Assembly (NCBI GenBank): GCA_029953675.1
Contig: JAMWBK010000004.1
Location: 682,001 to 746,000, forward strand
Direction of reading: 5' to 3'
Length of the DNA stretch: 64,000 nt
DNA from: Rhodosorus marinus CCMP1338
Taxonomy: Eukaryota; Plantae; Rhodophyta
Numbering within the stretch: the stretch's first letter is position 1; each line of letters begins with the position of its first letter. Of the stretch, positions 20,038-32,600 are shown in pieces. A program made the position numbers and the translations under genes. Under the pieces are notes generated by a model. The model saw nothing but the letters and a program-made list of their open reading frames with translations. It did no database searches and was not told where the DNA came from.

Positions 20038-23000
20038 TTTCTGGAACTCTGGCAATCCCTGCATAGGTGTCTAGGCCTTGGGCGAACAGCAAACGGTGAG
20101 TGGAAGAGTCCTCATTTCACAAGTTGAATAGTTACAGCTCTGAAAAATATACTCACAGTTTTCAAGTAGCAGTAAAGCCGTGGCCTCAAGGACGAAGGTG
20201 AACATCTAAGCTAGACTTAGTGGTGCTCGTGCCGGAGGAGGAGAAGAGGAAGAGAGAGGGAGAAAACAGAGCTATAACAGGCGAGGTCAAATTCTTCCGG
20301 ATTTTTTTTTTTTCTTTCCCCTGCGAATTTTCTCCTATTAGATAGAAATCTAGAGCCCGCAATGTCATGTAAGCCCATTTCCACCAATTATGCTTGGGAG
20401 ATTCGACGCCACCATAGCGTTTTCTCTATTGGCTTCCAGCAGGATAGCTGTGGGTAGACTCCATACAGCGCAACGCGCGCTCCATCGACTCCCAAGCTGC
20501 CATATGACTGGAAGCGATACCACAGAGGAGATGGAAACTTGCAACGGCTCAGAATGTCGAAAATAAATGTCTGTCGATCGTGAGCGGGTAATGGAGCTCG
20601 GGCGTCGAAAACAAATCATAGTGCAACAATTTTCAAGCTAAACTCGAACAGTCGCAATATTGATGCACTCTTTCGCCGCTAATATCGGTTAACGGCATCT
20701 GGTCCTCCCGATTGTCCCGAAGAACAAAAGACAATGCCAAACCGGAGGGGTACGCCTCTCTTACTTAGCAAAACACTCCTTTATAGCCAACCGCCGTTCT
20801 GTCTCGTACAGGTCCGTGCCGAAAGATTCACTCGGAACACACAGCAGATGAGCTGAAGACATGGCACTTATCGAACGATACCAGCTCACTAGACTAGAAC
20901 CTTTTCTTCTTCGATATATATAGCGCCGTCTAGGGTGGAGGAGTTATGTAGGTGGAGTGTCGGAGGTGGAGAGATGGCGGCGGAGTGATGGAGATGGTAT
21001 ATTGGAACTTCTATAGTAGAGATCTGGGGAGTAGGTACACGCAAATATTAGTCCGAGCTATTCTCCAGTCAGCCGGAATCTTTCGAAGCTGGGCGTAATC
21101 AACACACTGCGGACCGGCCTGAAAAAGTAACACAAAAAAGGTGTCCCCTTCCGTGTTCCTGAGATCCACCTTGACGAAAGATGCTCAAGGGAGTTCTTCC
21201 AGAAACGCTTCCAGGGACCTCCCCAAAACTTCCAACCCAAGCAACCTTACCTTGCCACAACCATCTCCCCCAAGACGAGAGTTTCCAACATGCAACTACC
21301 CCGGGACAAAACAATAGATTCATATCTTCCAGAGCAAATATGCCTTCGTCGCTCTCCCATTGAGAAGCCCTGGAAACTGCTTTGCGGAATGATCGCTAGA
21401 GGACGCCGCTCGTGGATAGGATTCTGCCGCTTCCTCTACCCTCTTGCTCAACAAGAATTGTTATCAACCACTGAATTCAGATTGTCTCGAACTTTGGACC
21501 AATCATAACTCTCATAGACGAATATGAATAAAAAACTATATCGAAAGCTTATCTTGAAAAGGGAAATATGTAATATTTATCAACATTCGTTTTCTTAACA
21601 TGTAGACGAATCTACCGTCCATTGACACAGGAACTGGTAGGGAAGAGCGGGTTTCCTCCCCCTCATAGGGTCGAGGGAGTAGGATGTGAGCAAAAAAATC
21701 TTCGTGGTGTATAGGGATTCGAAGCCGGGTTGAATTTCAGATGGTTCCGTGTCACCAGGCTGTTCCAGTGTCTTTCCCAGATTTTTTTGCTCGCTTTTCT
21801 GCGGCGGCTTAAGAATCATCGTGGCAGAATGCCTACAAGGATTGTGTAGAACGAGTAAAACATAGAACGCGACGCGCGGAGATAGCTAATATTAGATTCA
21901 GATATCACGATATGAAGGGCTTTTTCAGGATGAAGGGTTAGCAAGGACCGCACTCTCCACTCCCCACTCCTTCCTCACTCGCAAAGTAGGGATGTGGAGC
22001 GACAGTTTACATTGGGCTGCCCTCCTCCCCAGGCAGGCGGGTCAGTATGACCACGGAGGGGAGGGTTTGGACGTGATTCTAATTCTGAATCTGAGGAATC
22101 AAAAATAAGTTTTCCTCACAGCAGACGTCAAGATCCTCGATGTCTCTGTAAAAGTGACTTGCTTATTCTGACCCTCGTACGAGCTGTCCCCTCTTACCCC
22201 GGAAGTGATTGGGGCGTGCCGCTGTATATCAGGTTACAGCTCTAAGTCGCGAAATTTGACTGTAAAAACCTCACCCGAACACCCAATACGCAAACCAGGG
22301 GATCTCTCCATCGGTTGGTTCTCCTCCATCTCACAAACCAGCGAGCAAGTTGGTTGGTTGTGGTGGAAACCCTCTTCACCCGGAAACTCTTTACGGTGCC
22401 CCGCAAAAGAAATATCTAGATCATCCATTCTATCGTTTGCGCGCTTTCTATCGATTTAGAGTCCGTATGCAGTCTCTCAACAAGATACACCTCCTGAATC
22501 ATGCCGGTTCTCTTTTACAGGTTTACTCCACTTCCTGATTCAATGATTCTCAAAACGAATATCCCAGCGACGCGCGCAAGGACTCCAACCCGCTTGCAGC
22601 AGGCCGAAATTTCTCGGCAGAAAAGGTTTTCGACTATCAGAAAACAACTCTCGCTCACCTCTCTCGGTCACCTCTTCCGAAGAGCTCTTCATGGGATAAT
22701 ACGTAGCGTTTTACAAACCTCCTCAAAACCTATAAAGGAGCAACGAGAAGCGGACCCTCCCCATTCTCGTCCATCCTCCCCCTCATCGTTCACCACGTCG
22801 CCACTCCCGTTCACTGTCCTGAAATCGGACTATCCTTGAATTTCTGAGTCAATCATTTCGCGTAAACGCCTGTATATTATTTGACCAGACGATATGCATC
22901 TATCCAATGCAAAATGAATATAAATAATCTACTATAGATTCAACCATTTTAATCACTCTTTCATAGAAACACCTTAAAAGATCTCAACAATAAAATTAGA

Positions 23001-25857
23001 TTTTCCTTGGTTATCCATATTATCCAATATAATTAGAGGAAACATATCTTTCTTAGAATTTCTCAAATACATTGCATAAGGTCGGAGATTTCAGGTACAA
23101 TAGCCAGGTTTCTCCATCGCCTCTCGAAAGATTCAATATTATACTTTAATTTGAGTACAGTGTCATGAATAAGAGAATTTAAAAATGATATATATCAGGG
23201 AGAGGGAACCAACAAAGATGACAACATAATGTTCTAAATTTCATGATTTTAGGGCCTGTCCGATAGATGTCGCCAACGGCCTCCTTAATAGAATTTTCGT
23301 CCACTCGCCCCAATGACAAAATAGAAAGGACAGCAAAAGATGAGAATATAATTTTCCCATTTCTCGATATCAACAAATGAAACAAAGAAAAACGAAAAAA
23401 ACAATTGATCATGGTAAATATATGGAAAAGGGGAGGGGGGTATGTGTGTAAGTGTAATCAAATGGAGACTTAGTTTTTTTACAACTAAACAATGACGCAG
23501 TTCAATTTTTATCAAGATCGAATACAAAACAACAAAAAACAGGATGAGTGAGCGAATGAATAGACGCGGAGTGTCTGGAAAAGTAAATATAATTCGTACT
23601 GTTGATGAAAAAATGTTTCTCCCCAGCAAATGTTCGCCAATTATATATATATTGAAATTAGATCGTTTTCAATATTCCCGTCGTTGTTTTTTATTCATTG
23701 AGAAAATTTGTCTGACTGCAAAACTCGTTTTTTCCTTTTCTCGATGAGCGAGGAGAGGGCTGTGAGAGAAACGCGAGGAGGGATTGGGGGGGGGGGGAAA
23801 GCGATGGAGAGGAATGGAGAGTTGTTTTTTTTTTTCCACTTTCCTTTTGCCGGTTGTAAGTGAGATCAGATACGTGCGGGAGGTTACGTAAGTGTGTGTC
23901 AGTAGGGGGGGTGTTATGAGGATTGTTTTGGAGGGGGAGGAAGGAGGAGCTTGAGTAAGTTTTTTTCTTGTTTTGTTCTTTGGAGGGGTGTGTGTGTGTG
24001 TGCGTTCGTGCTCAACGCTGTTCCTCCACCAACTTTTGATCGAAATACTGGCGAAGATGTTGCATACGGGTTTCTTCTAGATCGGCACCTGTGGGGCGAT
24101 GTTTTGCTTTTTCCGCAGGTTGGGGGGGAGGGGGAGGGTTTATCTAATGCTCATTTGGATGGGAGTGGTTAGCCCTCACCCGGGAGAACCTTTTTTTTTT
24201 CACGGTTTGGGGGTGAAAGGTGATGCTCTGTACTCTTGACCACGCTGAGTAGGTAGTTCTTCTAGATTCACTTCATAACAATGCGTTGCCACTTGGTCTG
24301 GAGTAGCGAGAATTATTGTATGGTGGTTTTGTATCGAGCATCATCATTTGGCAATTTGGTCTTCTGTGTCCGACGCGATGCTAGGTCACGTTCCCATAGA
24401 CTTGGGAATCAGTATTTTGCGGGCTTGCATAGCGAGAGCCTGGTCCTCTGTGGTTTTGCTTTTCGGAGCGCAAGGCACGCTTTGGCCAGTAGCAAAACAC
24501 GTTTTGGGAGGTTGTGTAGGTGGTGTGCCACTTCGTAGGGAAGATTACGATCGAACCTCTTCGATGAGGGTTCCCTGAGTATCCGTACCCCGACTTACAA
24601 AATTCAGCTTAATTTGGCTGCAACAACAGTCCTTAATGCCTCTCCTTTGTTACTTACTCTGCATTCCTCTACGGGGGATTTACGAGAATACGTTTTTGCC
24701 CCTATAACTTCGTGACTCCATAAGAACCAGCACCTTTGCTTTCTACACACACATCCAACGTCGAATTATTCCTTCGCATGATTCGAGAAGGTCCCAAGCC
24801 ACTCCCGCCAACAGCCAAGGTCTACGTTCTGCTTTGTGGGACTGTACCTTCGGATGCTCCACAGGCCGATACAGCAAAAGGGTCGGAAATCATCTGCATC
24901 CTTTTCATTTCTTCGGGCGGCAGGGTCCAAGAATGAGAAAGATTCTTGCCATATCAAATCGAAATTACAGCACTGTGTGTTTCTCGACAGCTATCTAAGT
25001 GCACGGAAAGGTGGACCGTGCATAGGCTGGTGGATTCTATGTTAAATTCATATCGACACAAAAACCATTACCGCAGTGTCCCAGGCGTGGGTCACTCCAA
25101 TTGCACGGACTCACTTTCTATCGTGCGTTTCAAATTGGCAGGTTTTTTCACCGCAAAGACTTGATATTCTCGTGGTAGAGATACGGCCACGCTCTCCACC
25201 TTTTCGTCTTGACTGACAACAAGTACTGCCAGAAACAGTTCCGAGCGATGAGGAGACAAGACTTGTTCCCGTCCCCCCTACCCCTTTCTTTTTCTCGCCA
25301 TGTTGCGTCTGGAAGGGGAAGTTTTTTTTTCTGAGCGCTTGGAGCACCTCTCTTGAAATGACCGAGAGGGCAATTTCGTCGGGGAGAACTCACCCCCCCT
25401 TCCACCTCGTCGAGCGTGGATGCATACACTTTCTCCCAGAACCGGCCTTCCCTGGAATGCCCCTAGGTTCCTGGTGTTGAAAAATTCTCCTTTTCACTTC
25501 TTTCTCACCCGCGCGCTCTGGATTTCTCTCTAAAGAGGCAATACACCCTCCCCCCCCTGTTGCTCGCTGAGGTGTGTCGATACCAAAAACTTGGGGGGCT
25601 TGCTTACCATGACGCCCCCGAGATATCGTCTCACAGTCTAGCCGGCTTCCACGAGCACACTTTGATACACAGCCATCCCTCCGAATTGTCAGGGAAAAAA
25701 GGGACAAAATAGGTCATCTCACTGGTTCGATAGGCTCCTTATTGGGCCAAGCTCCTTATTGGGCTATTTCGATGGCGAAGAAAGTTGGTGAGATACAACT
25801 TGAGCGACAATAACACAATAGATATGGAGCCCGTGGAAACCTTGATCAGAGTGAGAG

Positions 25858-25864
25858 TATAAAA
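25858..25864 (+). promoter_or_regulatory. Putative TATA box of Cys-rich gene 2
   Basis: TATAAAA 130 bp upstream of the ATG at 25988. Confidence 0.55.
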
Positions 25865-25987
25865 GGCTGCAAAGCTTGGATGCTGAGGTGGGGATCTCGA
25901 GGAGTATCCAAGACAAGTTCACAAGGAGATTGGGTGAAGTAGTACGAATCTGATCTCAGAGCTGAAGAGTCAATTGGAATTGCAACG

Positions 25988-26995
25988 ATGAGAGGACAGT
26001 ATATCAGTGTGTTGGTTCTTGCACTTATCGGGGTTGCGCTTGCAACGCTGTCGCCGCCAGTACCACCACCAACACCATCGAAGACGTGTAAGGAGATAGC
26101 TAGCAAGATCCCCGGAATTATGACAACCAGGGAGAAGAAATGTAACGCGAGGAAGGAGTGCTCGCAGTGCTGTGATGAGCATTGCAATATTGTTACGTGC
26201 AATAATTGCGACGATGACTGTCCCAAACAGTGCTTTGACCACCCGAAGGTGATCGATTTGTATGTTGATATCACCTGCAACATTGACGACTACTGGAACG
26301 TTGAGTGCATCGTCTGCGACTGCCCCGAAGAGGGTAAATTTGACTGGGAGGCGGTCGCAAAGATGCTCAAGGAGAAACTCCTCTGGCAGCTCACTGAATC
26401 AGACCAGTGCAAGATGGGCAAGATGTTCAACGATTTCAAGCTCACCTGTGGACTCTCTACCAAGAAATGGAGTTCTGACGGCTCGGTCGTACCTGCTGCT
26501 AACGACACTGGCGTGTCCGCGAGGACCCAGACGAGCTGGCCGAAATACTTCCCATTCCAGTGCAAGTTTGATAATTGGATGTGCATCTTCACTGACCGCA
26601 GTTTCAAGGACGTCCACATCAGGATTGAGAAGAAATGCCACCTGGTCGGAAAGCCCGCGTGCAGAATGTCGATCAAGAAGACCGTTCCCGACTGCTACAA
26701 CTGCGACGCTGACAGTCAGACCTCTTGGAAACTGTCGGGCAGGGTCTTCAGTACCCACAAGACGTGCAAGGAGAGCGGCCCGGCCAACAAGTGCGTCCAG
26801 CCGCCGCCAGAGATCACCATCGATTTCACCGGCGGATGCTCGGAGCTCTGTCTTCATGCCGACAAAGGAGACTCTTGCAACCTTTGTACTGATAAGTTCG
26901 GTAACAAGACAGACAGGATACCTCCGCTCTGCGTCAGTAAGAACCTGGACCGGGGTCTATACTATAACGATTGCAGTGGGAGTGAACCACGGTAA
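25988..26995 (+). CDS. Secreted Cys-rich protein, paralog 2 (30 Cys; unknown family)
   Basis: Signal peptide MRGQYISVLVLALIGVALA, Pro-rich linker, and the same 30-Cys framework and motifs as the other two paralogs. Confidence 0.92.
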   Translation: MRGQYISVLVLALIGVALATLSPPVPPPTPSKTCKEIASKIPGIMTTREKKCNARKECSQCCDEHCNIVTCNNCDDDCPKQCFDHPKVIDLYVDITCNIDDYWNVECIVCDCPEEGKFDWEAVAKMLKEKLLWQLTESDQCKMGKMFNDFKLTCGLSTKKWSSDGSVVPAANDTGVSARTQTSWPKYFPFQCKFDNWMCIFTDRSFKDVHIRIEKKCHLVGKPACRMSIKKTVPDCYNCDADSQTSWKLSGRVFSTHKTCKESGPANKCVQPPPEITIDFTGGCSELCLHADKGDSCNLCTDKFGNKTDRIPPLCVSKNLDRGLYYNDCSGSEPR

Positions 26996-28802
26996 AACGT
27001 GTTCCGGGTACGGTGTGTGGCTGCTGAGCAAGTTTAGGCGATTCTATTTCCTAGAGTTGTTTATCCTAGCCCTCCCACTATACACCTCAATAAAGCATCT
27101 AGATTGAGGTCTCCTAGTCCCATCATCGGAGCAAAGCCTGTCGAAATAGTGCTCTCGCACTTCAATTCAGCAAAATATCTACTACTCCAGTCAATTCGAC
27201 TGGATTTCTGCACAATCGAGCACCGATGTAGGAGGCATAGAGCTGAGACGGGATGTAGCAATCACGGGCCATGCTAAACCACTTTTTCAGGTTTTATCCA
27301 GAAAAGTGTCGGTCACATCAAGCCGCGAGAGTGAGCCCGGGGAGCTTGGTCATCTGGGGACAGATTTTGGAGATCACGCCTTTAACGGGTGGTTTAGTCT
27401 GGTTGCTGCATCTTCCAACTACCGAAAATACTGTTGGGTGAGGACTCTTGTCAACTCGACTGAGATCAATATCTAACCTTCTCGTGCATCTCGGATGATG
27501 AGGTTTTGTTTTAGCCCTTATTAGCAACACCGTATGTGGGGTATGACACTTAAGTTCCTGGACCTTCTCTCCCCGTGCCTGAGCTCTTCTTTGTGCCGTA
27601 ACCTGTAGTTTAATACCATTGGTTAAGGCACTGCCGCGAGCATGTCCATACGTATCAGTTATTTACATCGTTGTTAGGAACCTCGACTTGAAATTCACAT
27701 ATTTGCGTTTTCCTTAATTGTATAAAACGATAACAATCGACGATATTAAGCAACTTCATCCTATCTATTAATATACCCTGAAACCCTGACGCAGCTTAAA
27801 GCGAACATGAAAAGACAAACTAAAGAGCGCTAGCAGAAGCGGCGCTAGTGCGCCTATGGTATCATTCTGCTAGAGGCAAATATTATGTTATTGACATAGA
27901 GGTTCCGATCTGCACTGGGGGCGGAAGCCACCTTTCACACGCATACGCGGCTAGATCTTCGGGCGATGCGAGTCTACTAGCTAAAGCTTAGACTCTGCCC
28001 ACTATCCAGATGCTCTAGGTGATTAGGGCAGCTTCCTCCTCGTCCACTTTATGGTAGAGGCATTAGAAAATGTACTATACACTCTGCAGGGCGGTCGCTA
28101 AAAAAAAAAAAAAAACTTTTGCGAGGACATGCCAAGCATGACTTGTCAAGGTGGTTAGACCTTTCCACAATGAAAACTGAAACCTCTTTTGAACTCTGCC
28201 CGCACGCACGGGGTGTGGAGGGAGGTTCGCAGTGCTCTTGGAAAACGCAGTAAAACCATCTCTAACCAGAAGGTTCCCCTAGACCGTTAAATTTCATCAA
28301 TACCAGGGTTAAATCCCAGACCATGGTGAAAATGAAGCCAAACCGTACCTCCGCGGTAGTCCCCTACCCCATTCCAAACCTGGGGGCTAGTAGACACCAC
28401 CTCAGTAGTCCCAACCATCGAAAAGTGTACCAAAACACAATAAACCGGGCCAAAAGAATCGAAACACATGGACAATGACTTGAGCGAGGGTTCTATATTA
28501 AGAACACAACACCCAGAATAACCTTTGTAGCCCAGGTTTGATCTAGACAAATCATTTTTATGAAAAAATAGACTTTATCTAGAAACTTCTGGCGAAATTG
28601 AGTGCTCATGTTGCGGAGGCGGGGCCTCTCTCAATTCGAGGCCGGACTGGGAGCAGGTAGGGCCGACCGGGGAGTTCGTGTGCGAGAGGCCGATGAGAGC
28701 GTTCAAATAAGCAGGCAAGAGGTACGTGCGGAGGTCAGGAGTCAACCTCGGTTGAGAAAGACACTCAGATAATATTGAATGTTGTTCTGCCAATCCAACC
28801 CA

Positions 28803-28834
28803 AATGGTCCGATCAAACCAATTCATTCAATAGT
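28803..28834 (+). mobile_element. Family B 20-nt micro-insertion with imperfect 6-bp TSD
   Basis: AATGGT-[CCGATCAAACCAATTCATTC]-AATAGT. Confidence 0.6.
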
Positions 28835-29572
28835 CGGGAAAGACCCTGAGAGCCGTTGACGCTAAAAGACAGGGTAAATGGAGCTGGTTGTACAACCAAT
28901 GCCAGAACGATGTTCAGGAGGAGAGAGACAGCTCCTCAGCGTTCTTCTTGGTGACAAAGTAAACTTGACAACCACCCGAATTCCGAGCGCGGGGAAGCAG
29001 AACTGAAAGGTTCCACCATCTGCGGGTCGAATAGCCCCGGAACGGATCGATTGGAAACGGTATGTGGCAGCCGAAAACTGCTAGCCGTGGACACTGCTTT
29101 TGGATATGGTCGCTCGCGTTACCAATTCTAAAGCTCCGTCAAGATAAGTTGGAAAACTGAATGTAGGTCGAAAATCTCAGGGAAAAAGTCCATTGGAAAA
29201 TCCTCCTCACGCCCGTGAGACACCTTGTGACCAGTACCCTTGTTTTGAACACATATTTCCTTTCCACAGCACAAAGACGTGGTCCAGCCGCAGCGACATT
29301 CCCCCACATCAAGGAAAACCGGCATCGGAGGATGGCAGAAGACCTCCAAACTCAACCCAAAAGGTCATCTCCTCACGGACGCTAGCTCTAAGATTGGTCC
29401 TTCAAGTAGACCCAGCACCCCGTGAGAATATCTCGCCACCTCCGTCGCCAATTCATAGTGTTCCTCATCCGCGTTGTATCATATCTTAGCGCTGAACCTC
29501 TCCCTGGACTCTTCCCCAAGTCCCGGTTTGCTCAAGCTCAGTCCTAACCTCTACCCTGGCCCGCAACACGCC

Positions 29573-29615
29573 TACCAGGGACTGAAATGAATGAATGAAT
29601 TTGTTACCAGGGACT
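29573..29615 (-). mobile_element. Family B 21-nt tail-only insertion with perfect 11-bp TSD
   Basis: TACCAGGGACT-[GAAATGAATGAATGAATTTGT]-TACCAGGGACT. Confidence 0.9.
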
Positions 29616-32600
29616 AGGGCAGTCAGCAAACCCCTATCTTCGAACAAGCGTCAACGTAGAAGCTACTTTGGGCCCAGTGTCCCGATTCTTGTTATGATTT
29701 TGTGCAAAATAATTGTTCCGTCTTGAGGAGAGATATCGGCGAACTCGGCTGATCAGTTTCAGAACGGGTTTTCTCTCTGTGTCTGTACGGAGAGGGTGGC
29801 TTAGCATACCTTGAAACGGGATGGAACAGGCGTATCCCTGAGATAAAAAGGAGGGACAATTGTGCAAATCTAGCGCATGAGAAAATGTCGATAGGGTTTT
29901 AGTAACAAGCTACTAAACCAAAGCCACTATCAAACGCAACCCAATGAACGGGATGGAAAGAGCCGTGCAAGACTCTACGTATCCCAACGACAGGGCTGGC
30001 GCTACTCGCGGCCGGGGATGGGGGGGGAAGGTGCTTTGTAAATGCTTCACACATGGGTCACGGTGAGGGGTAGGCGCTCGGGGGAGTTTATTTTCGGGAG
30101 CCAGCTGAGACGCTCCCCTCAGCAATCTGTTGCGAAATGAATCTGTTCTTGTGGACTGTCCGTACCTGAGAGTTGCGCGCACATAAAACTTCGCTAACTC
30201 CTATTCAGCATATCAAATTCAAACCCTTGAAGTCACTAGCTCTTATTTCTTGTATCTATTTCCCTAGTGCTTATTGCCCGTTTCACTAATACACATTCTG
30301 CTTTGGTGAGGAGGTGTGGTCTCCCCAAAAAGAACCTTTGCGCTTGTTGAGTTTGACCCTTTTTACTGTTAGACTGCTACTCATGCTAACCAATCCTGTC
30401 GACCATGTCTGAAGCGAGTTCTGGGGCGATTTGATAAGCTCCATGACGTTACCGTCAGGTCAGAACATATCCCCGGAGGAAAACCCGTCTTCAATGCATC
30501 AGCGTACGTCTGTGCGCTCATCACATAATGTTTGCCTTTGATACATTGTCTGGAGGTGGACAGCCTGTCTTTTGAGGATAGTGACTAGGTGAAACTTGTA
30601 CCGGCACCCAAACATCTCCACCGATAACGTTGTGCTTGTTCAGTTGTTGAGGCCTGCATGCCGTCTTGAAACTGATCTGATCTGTCGGTCAGCGAGCATT
30701 TTAAACCATTTTACTGGGTACCGTTTGGTTGAGGCGCGCCAGTTTTTCATACTCAACACCATCACCCCTACCCAAGAAAGATAGGCAACACCAAACCCCT
30801 AAACTCTCCTCCCTTTCCCTCCTCTAAAGTTCCCACCAACTCTGCCCGTTTCCCCGCAACCAAAACAAAACAAAAACCTGAACTCCGATCAAATTCACCA
30901 ACTCTAACTCTCTCTAAGAGGCAAACTAAACTACTAGAATTCAATAGACTAGGCAAAGTCCATATCGCGTCGAAAATACGTATCGAATTTCGCCTAACTT
31001 TCACTTTTTGTGTTTCGGAAGAAAATAGATTGGGAAAATACAATATTTTTTTATATCTTCTTAGGATGAGATATTTTCTGTTCAGCCCATTGAAATAAAA
31101 AAAAACAGACGAGAAAAGTAATCAAAAAGAATAGATTTTTTTCGCCCTAAATTTTTTTTATCGGAACGTCTCTGTTCGACGGGTTTTTGTAATTTTTGCT
31201 AAGAAAGTGTTCTCAAACTCGACGGGTTTTTGTAATTTTTGCTAAGGGGGTGTTCTCAATTATATCTGGGTGGTTGGACAAGAGGAAGAGAGAAAATATT
31301 GAAGCAAATCGTTTTTTGTTTGATCAGGAAAAGGTGAAGGGGAGATGGGGGTGTGTGAAGAAAGGGGTATTGATGAGGTCAAAAGTATGCCGATGGGGAC
31401 GGTTTTTGGATTGATTTACGTTCATGAGTTCGTTGTAGAGTACAAGGAAGAAAGTAGGAGATGGGGCGTTATAGATATAGGATTGTACCAAGTGGGTCAG
31501 CTTTTTCGCCGTTTACGACCCAGAAAGTGGATAAACCCGCGAAAACAGAGGGGTTTACCGTCCTCTGCGACAAACCCGACCCACTTGGCAAAAACCAGAT
31601 TATAGACACTGTAAGGTGACTGTATTGACTAATTTCCTTGTCTTTTTGTTCGTTAGAAAGGTTGACAAAATGGGACGTCAAATGGCTTTTGTCAGCGAAA
31701 AGGGAGAGGAGAATGGAGGGGAGGAGGGGAAAAGAGAACGATTGCAGCGTGCACATGTTGAGTGAAGTTTTTTAGTTTTTAAACACGAAATGAAAAACTG
31801 ATATCGACGAGCCAGGTGTGTCAGAATGGGGGGAGAGGAAAGCTAGGTAAAAAAAAAAAGGGGGAGGTTTGGGTTCAGGACAGTAGCGTGGAGAAACTGG
31901 AAGCAACTGTGGAGAAGGAGAAAGAAGAGGGTATGAGGGTGGAAGGGGTCTTTTTTTTTTTTTTAGGGTTTTGGGGGCTTTCTCTGTTGATTTGTCGGGA
32001 ACCGTTGATGGAAATAAAAGGAACAAGAAAATTTGATTTCGTGGAGCGAAAAAACAAACAAGCAAAAGTAGTCTAGGAAGTGAAACACGTTCAATGAAAC
32101 ACACACTCCCAGCGATGCCTTCGTAGTGATGCTCTTCACAGGACGTTTCGGGAGAAGTGAGGGGCAAGAAACAACGAAAAAGGGTCTTTGCTGTTCCTCG
32201 TTTGGTTATTTCGAATTACCTTCCTACGTAGCGGCTTATGCCTAATCAGAGGAGTTGGTGTGCTGTGGAAAAGGGAAGGAGGGAGGGGGGGGGAGGAGAA
32301 AGTGGGCCATCCACTTTTTTTGCTTTGGATTGACAGTGTTTAGAATTCATCGAGGAGGTTGACTCCTGGCCAAAAAAAAGGAAAAAAGACTTCTCGGTTG
32401 TGTGTTGATTTTCCAGCGAATTTCTTCCCGAGATAATGCCGAGCCTCCTCGCAGTACAGAGACAGTGGTCTACCAGGTTGCACATTTGCCCTTCTTCGCC
32501 GGGGGGAAGGGGGGTGGGGGAGAGGTGGGAGAGGGGTTTCTCCACACAAGTGAGACGCCGCTCCTATGGCACTTTCGCCCTTGAGATTCAGCTGCTTAGA

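Noticed and set aside
21131-21508. 126-codon open frame
   Set aside because: No early ATG, no motif, no signal peptide and no paralog.
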